Positions 36,918 through 41,462 of a stretch of DNA of 41,462 bases are shown here, piece by piece. The notes beneath the pieces were generated by a model, which searched no databases, was not told the origin of the DNA, and saw only the letters and a program-made list of their open reading frames with translations. The position numbers and the translations under genes are program-made. Source of the DNA: Bacteroidota bacterium (GTDB lineage Bacteria > Bacteroidota > Bacteroidia > Palsa-948); contig SCSP01000390.1 of the NCBI GenBank assembly GCA_004297845.1, positions 1 to 41,462 on the forward strand. The letters are read 5' to 3'. Position 1 is the first letter of the stretch, and each line of letters begins with the position of its first letter.

Positions 36918-36940
36918 TTACCCTGGCTCTAAAGGGTGAA
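36918..36940. repeat. REP-like copy directly after typA
   Basis: TTACCCTGGCTCTAAAGGGTGAA resembles the copy at 41128-41156. Confidence 0.45.
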
Positions 36941-36950
36941 ATATTGTCTG

Positions 36951-37775
36951 ATGAAAATAAAAACCATCACCTCTCATTTAGAAAGCATTGCTCCGCTTTC
37001 CCTGCAGGAGGAGTACGACAACTCCGGATTAATTATCGGGAATGTCGAAGATGAAGTGGAGGGTGCGCTCATCTGCATTGACTGTACTGAAGCAATAGTT
37101 GATGAAGCGATCAAAAAAAAATGCAATCTCATCATTGCACATCACCCTATTGTTTTCCGAGGGATCAAAAAAATCACCGGAAGTAATTACGTGGAGCGTG
37201 TGCTGTTGAAAGCAATTCAGAATAATATTTCGATCTATGCCATTCATACCAATCTGGATAATGTTAGCATTGGAGTGAACAAAAGAATTTGCGAGAAGCT
37301 GGGCTTGAATAATTACAAAATATTAGTCCCCAAATCCTCCCCCTTCACCCCCTCCAGAGGGGTACCAACAGCCGGCTCCGGCATGATCGGCACCCTTTCA
37401 AAACCAACTACTGAAATTGCTTTTCTGAATAGGGTCAAAAAAGTGATGAAATCGGCTCATCTTCGTCACACTGCATTGCTTGGTAAAAAGGTGAGCAAAG
37501 TAGCTGTTTGCGGAGGCTCCGGAAGCTTTCTTTTGAACGATGCGATTGCTGCTGGAGCCGATGTTTTTGTTACCTCCGACTTCAAGTACCATCAGTTCTT
37601 TGATGCTGATAATAAGATAGTTATAGCCGATATAGGGCATTACGAAGGCGAGCAATTCACCAAGGAATTAATACGCGACTTATTGAAGCAAAAATTTCAT
37701 ACCTTCGCTGCCCGTTTAACGAAAATTAATACTAATCCTGTAAATTATTTGTTTCATTCGCATCCATTCGTATAG
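36951..37775 (+). CDS. Nif3-like dinuclear metal-centre protein (short form)
   Basis: QEEYDNSGL, AHHPIVF, HTNLD, VCGGSGS, GHYEGE. Confidence 0.93.
   Translation: MKIKTITSHLESIAPLSLQEEYDNSGLIIGNVEDEVEGALICIDCTEAIVDEAIKKKCNLIIAHHPIVFRGIKKITGSNYVERVLLKAIQNNISIYAIHTNLDNVSIGVNKRICEKLGLNNYKILVPKSSPFTPSRGVPTAGSGMIGTLSKPTTEIAFLNRVKKVMKSAHLRHTALLGKKVSKVAVCGGSGSFLLNDAIAAGADVFVTSDFKYHQFFDADNKIVIADIGHYEGEQFTKELIRDLLKQKFHTFAARLTKINTNPVNYLFHSHPFV
37335..37364. repeat. REP-like copy in frame within the Nif3 gene (encodes SSPFTPSRGV)
   Basis: TCCTCCCCCTTCACCCCCTCCAGAGGGG resembles the reverse complement of the lpxK copy. Confidence 0.55.
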
Positions 37776-37809
37776 TTGGTATTTTAACCAAATCTAAAAT
37801 CAAAGACAC

Positions 37810-38592
37810 ATGGCAAAATCCACATCCCTTTCAGAAAGAGAAAAAATTGACACCTCCATAGAGAACAAGCTTAGCGCTCTTTTCGAACTTCAGACGATCG
37901 ATTCCAAGATTGACAGGATACGCACCGTACGTGGAGAACTTCCATTGGAAATAAAAGAATTGGAAGATTCCGTGGAAACGCTTGCAACCCGTCTCGAAAA
38001 AACGAACGAAGATTACCGCGCCAGCGAAATTATTATTTCTGACAAGAAGACTCTGATGAAGGATGCTGAAGCGATGATAAAAAAATATAAATCGCAGCAG
38101 AGTAAAGTGCGCAATAACCGAGAATACGAGTCGCTTACCAAAGAGATCGAGTATCAGACCCTCGAAATTCAGCTTGCTGAAAGAAAAATAAAAGATTTCA
38201 AAGCATCTCTTACAACAAAAAAAGAGCAACTCGAACAGCAAGAAGAAGATTTGAAAGAAAGAAAAAACCGCTTAAAAGAGAAACAAGGAGAACTGGATGA
38301 GATCATCGCAGAAACAGAAAAGGAAGAAACGGCTTTGCTTAAACGCTCTAAGGGCGCTGAAGCTTTGATCGAAGATCGCCTGCTTAATTCTTATAAACGT
38401 ATTCGTTCCAATACCCGTAACGGACTGGCAGTTGTTCCGGTGGAGCGTGATGCTTGTGGTGGCTGCTTTTCAAAAATTCCTCCACAGCGCCAGTTAGATA
38501 TCAAAACACACAAAAAATTATTGGTGTGTGAGCATTGTGGACGTGTCTTGGTCGCCCCCGATATCGCTGAAAAAATGAAAGAAAAGGTTTAA
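37810..38592 (+). CDS. Coiled-coil C4 zinc-ribbon protein (CT398/HP0958-like)
   Basis: LQTIDSKID, long coiled coil, CGGC...CEHCGRVL; usual neighbour of Nif3. Confidence 0.92.
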   Translation: MAKSTSLSEREKIDTSIENKLSALFELQTIDSKIDRIRTVRGELPLEIKELEDSVETLATRLEKTNEDYRASEIIISDKKTLMKDAEAMIKKYKSQQSKVRNNREYESLTKEIEYQTLEIQLAERKIKDFKASLTTKKEQLEQQEEDLKERKNRLKEKQGELDEIIAETEKEETALLKRSKGAEALIEDRLLNSYKRIRSNTRNGLAVVPVERDACGGCFSKIPPQRQLDIKTHKKLLVCEHCGRVLVAPDIAEKMKEKV

Positions 38593-38628
38593 TTTCTAAA
38601 ACGAAAAGAAATTTTTGAGATAGGTTTC

Positions 38629-40833
38629 TCAGTTACCCACTTCAGATATAAACTTGATCCTCATAAGACGTACATCTTCTTCGTCATATTCATCTTCGCC
38701 AAGCTCTTTCAAAGCAGTTTCTACCGAATCCGAGTCAGCTTTGCGGAAATATTGGTAAATGTCGTCCTGTACATCATCATCAATCACTTCATTGATATAG
38801 TGCCCGATATTGACACGCGTACCGGCCGATACAATACTTTCGAGTTCTCCGATAAGATCGGACATTGTTAACCCTTTAGCATCGGCAATATCTTCCAGAC
38901 TGAGTTTGCGGTCAATTGCCTGAATAAGGAAAACCTTGAGCCCCGATTTGTTAATGGTAGATTTTACGATCAGGTCCTGCGGGCGTTCAATTTTATTGTC
39001 TTTTACATATTTAGCGATCAGATCGGCAAAAGATTTTCCATAACGCTGTGCCTTACCAGGTCCAACACCCGATACTTTAGCCAATTCATCTAAAGTAGTA
39101 GGGTAGGTAGTAGCCATTTCCGAAAGGCATGTTTCCTGGAAGATGATCCATGGCTGAAGATTTTCTTTTTTGGAAACCTGTTTTACAAGATCTTTGAGCA
39201 TCTTGTAAAGCGGTTGGTCAAGCGCTGTTCCTCCCTGTCCCGAAATTATTGCCTCCCCTTCCTCGTCATCCGGATTTTTAAAGTCATGGTCTTTTGTGAG
39301 CAGGAAGGAGGAAGGTTTCTCAAGAAATTTTCTGCCATCTTTAGTCACCTTTAAAAGGCCGTAATTCTCAATATCTTTTGAAAGAAGTCCAGCCACATGC
39401 GCCTGCCTCACCACCGCATTCCAGTATCTTTCGTCTTTATCATCTTCAGTTCCCTTCCCAAAAATTTCCAGTTCGTTATGTTTGTATTGTTTGATCAGGG
39501 AGGTTAATGTTCCTGTGAGAACATGGACCACATGTTTTGCTTTGAATTTTTCTTTCATCTCAATAATTGAATCCAGAAGCAATTCAACATCTTCTTTTCC
39601 TTCAAACTTTTTCTTGGGATTGGTGCAGTTATCACAGTTGCCGCAATTTTCCTGTTCGTATTTTTCCCCGAAGTAATGCAAAAGAGTCTTTCTGCGGCAA
39701 ACGGAAGATTCGGAATAGGTAACCACTTCCTGGATGAGCTGGCGGTTTATCTCCTGCTCGGCAACCGGTTTTCCTTTCAGGAATTTTTCTAATTTCTGAA
39801 TATCCGCTTCGCTGTAAAAGGCAATGCAGTGTCCTTCTCCTCCATCTCGTCCGGAACGTCCTGTTTCCTGATAATATCCTTCCAGCGATTTTGGAATATC
39901 GTAGTGCATCACAAAACGAACATCGGGTTTGTCAATTCCCATCCCAAAGGCAATAGTTGCAACAATCACTTCCACATCTTCCATGAGGAACTGGTCCTGG
40001 GTCTTTGAACGTATATCTTTTTCTAATCCTGCGTGATAGGGAACTGCACGGATGCCGTTCACATTCAATGTACTCGCAAGCGCTTCGGTCTGTTTCCGGC
40101 TCAGGCAGTAAATGATACCCGATTTCCCTGCATTCTTGCGGATGTATTGAATAATTTGCCTGGGTGCTTCAACTTTTGAGCGCACCTCATAGTATAAATT
40201 AGGACGGTTGAAGGATGCTTTGAAAACGGTTGCATCAGGTACATTCAGGTTTTTGAGAATATCCTGCTGAACTTTAGGAGTTGCAGTCGCGGTAAGCGCA
40301 ATGATTGGTACACGACCTATCTGGTCAATGAGTTCGCGGATGCGCCTGTATTCGGGGCGGAAATCATGTCCCCATTCGGAGATGCAATGCGCCTCGTCAA
40401 TGGCGATGAAAGAAATATTAATGTTCTTAAAAAACTCAACATTGGCTTCTTTGGCAAGTGATTCAGGTGCAACGTAGAGGATTTTTGTCTTTCCTGCTGT
40501 AAGTTCCTCCTTCACCTTAATGATCTCTGCTTTTGCCAGGGAGGAATTCAAAAAGTGAGCGATATTATCTTTGGTGCCGAAACCGCGGATAAGATCTACC
40601 TGATTCTTCATCAGCGCGATAAGGGGTGAGACCACAATCGCGGTTCCTTCACTTATAAGAGCGGGAAGCTGATAGCAAAGCGATTTGCCGCCACCGGTGG
40701 GCATAATGACAAACGTATCTTTTCCATTAAGGATATTCTTGATTATTTCTTCCTGTTCTCCCTTAAATTTTGAGAAACCGAAGATCTTTTTAAGATGTCC
40801 TTTTAGAGAAATTTCCTGCACAACAGATGCCAT
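38629..40833 (-). CDS. recQ: ATP-dependent DNA helicase RecQ
   Basis: MPTGGGKSLCYQ, DEAHCISEWGHDFRP, YYQETGRSGRDG, Cys Zn site, RQC and HRDC regions. Confidence 0.97.
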   Translation of the reverse strand: MASVVQEISLKGHLKKIFGFSKFKGEQEEIIKNILNGKDTFVIMPTGGGKSLCYQLPALISEGTAIVVSPLIALMKNQVDLIRGFGTKDNIAHFLNSSLAKAEIIKVKEELTAGKTKILYVAPESLAKEANVEFFKNINISFIAIDEAHCISEWGHDFRPEYRRIRELIDQIGRVPIIALTATATPKVQQDILKNLNVPDATVFKASFNRPNLYYEVRSKVEAPRQIIQYIRKNAGKSGIIYCLSRKQTEALASTLNVNGIRAVPYHAGLEKDIRSKTQDQFLMEDVEVIVATIAFGMGIDKPDVRFVMHYDIPKSLEGYYQETGRSGRDGGEGHCIAFYSEADIQKLEKFLKGKPVAEQEINRQLIQEVVTYSESSVCRRKTLLHYFGEKYEQENCGNCDNCTNPKKKFEGKEDVELLLDSIIEMKEKFKAKHVVHVLTGTLTSLIKQYKHNELEIFGKGTEDDKDERYWNAVVRQAHVAGLLSKDIENYGLLKVTKDGRKFLEKPSSFLLTKDHDFKNPDDEEGEAIISGQGGTALDQPLYKMLKDLVKQVSKKENLQPWIIFQETCLSEMATTYPTTLDELAKVSGVGPGKAQRYGKSFADLIAKYVKDNKIERPQDLIVKSTINKSGLKVFLIQAIDRKLSLEDIADAKGLTMSDLIGELESIVSAGTRVNIGHYINEVIDDDVQDDIYQYFRKADSDSVETALKELGEDEYDEEDVRLMRIKFISEVGN

Positions 40834-40963
40834 TTCGTGTCCTGATTTGAGTTACGTAATGCTGATCTTAGCTTTACCCCTTCGTAAAGTGAATATACAA
40901 TATTTATTAATACGCAGAAAAGGTTTTGAGGAGGTTTATCCCATCCCTAAAGAGAGAATAGGA

Positions 40964-41104
40964 CAGGACTTATGCAAACTTTGCGGTTCTTATTGTATTT
41001 TTTGCGGATCTTTGCGGCATATAGTAGTTACGCAAAGTTCCACAAAGATAAGACGCAGAGAGCCGCAGAGAAATACAAGAATTATACCTTTTGCGTAAGT
41101 CCTG
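40964..41104. mobile_element. 141-bp MITE with 15-bp TIRs and a 5-bp target duplication
   Basis: CAGGACTTATGCAAA ... TTTGCGTAAGTCCTG (14/15 match), flanked by TAGGA at 40959-40963 and 41105-41109. Confidence 0.82.
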
Positions 41105-41127
41105 TAGGATAAAGAATTTCAGAATAT

Positions 41128-41156
41128 TTACTTCCCTTTAGGGGCAGGGGGTGGCC
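41128..41156. repeat. REP-like copy after the GT2 stop codon
   Basis: TTACTTCCCTTTAGGGGCAGGGGGTGGCC shares GGGGCAGGGGG with the lpxK copy. Confidence 0.55.
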
Positions 41157-41159
41157 TTT

Positions 41160-41462
41160 TTACTTGAGTTCCTTGTTCGCTTCCATATCAAACCACATGG
41201 CAAACAGGGTGAATAAGCTCGCGCTCATGAACGAGAACATAGCGGCAAGGGCGTTGATAGGAGGAATGTTTCCGAAGACGTAGACGAACCATATGATACG
41301 CACAGAGAGCAAGAGGGTTGCAATAAAGAAAAAAAAGCCCAAAAAGTAAAAAAATACAAGAGGATGAAAATTCCGAATGATGTATTTTTCTTTCATTCTC
41401 CAGAGGAACAATTTCAGCAGAAGCCAGGAAATGCTAAATACCACTTTTCTTATTTTTATTCC
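41160..41462 (-). CDS. 3' end of a probable family-2 glycosyltransferase with C-terminal TM helices (runs off the window)
   Basis: Frame open to the window edge; ...KEKYIIRNFHPLVFFY... followed by two TM helices is typical of GT2 tails. Confidence 0.6.
   Translation of the reverse strand, partial: GIKIRKVVFSISWLLLKLFLWRMKEKYIIRNFHPLVFFYFLGFFFFIATLLLSVRIIWFVYVFGNIPPINALAAMFSFMSASLFTLFAMWFDMEANKELK

Overview
Bacteroidota genomic DNA, judged from T9SS C-terminal sorting domains, TAnnTTTG-type -7 promoter elements and AT-rich leaders. About 1-33.8 kb is an accessory stress/envelope region. It holds a small heat-shock protein, a cardiolipin-synthase remnant, an M50 protease, a Cus-type Cu(I)/Ag(I) efflux operon whose CusA is split into two genes, and a divergent ArsR pair. 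It continues with a sulfide/persulfide operon (SQR-like flavoprotein, rhodanese-thioredoxin lipoprotein, CxxCH protein, methyltransferase, DsrE) and an mlaEFD-cbpA-trx-aeRF1-like-Fet4-betaCASP operon. Then come CBS and UbiB/ABC1 genes, several T9SS cargo genes, and two paralogous beta-helix genes next to a large Kelch + 7x75-aa-repeat T9SS protein. About 33.9-41.5 kb is core genome (lpxK, typA, Nif3, Zn-ribbon, recQ, GT2 end) with REP-like repeats and a MITE. The strongest unexplained signal is a shared TGA(T/C)-N4-(A/G)TCA box at seven promoters. It is tandem at a 22-bp period in five of them, and in all seven it lies exactly 23 bp upstream of a -7-like element, which suggests one dormancy/low-oxygen-like regulon whose regulator is not in the window. 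All calls were made by eye from sequence motifs; no searches were run.
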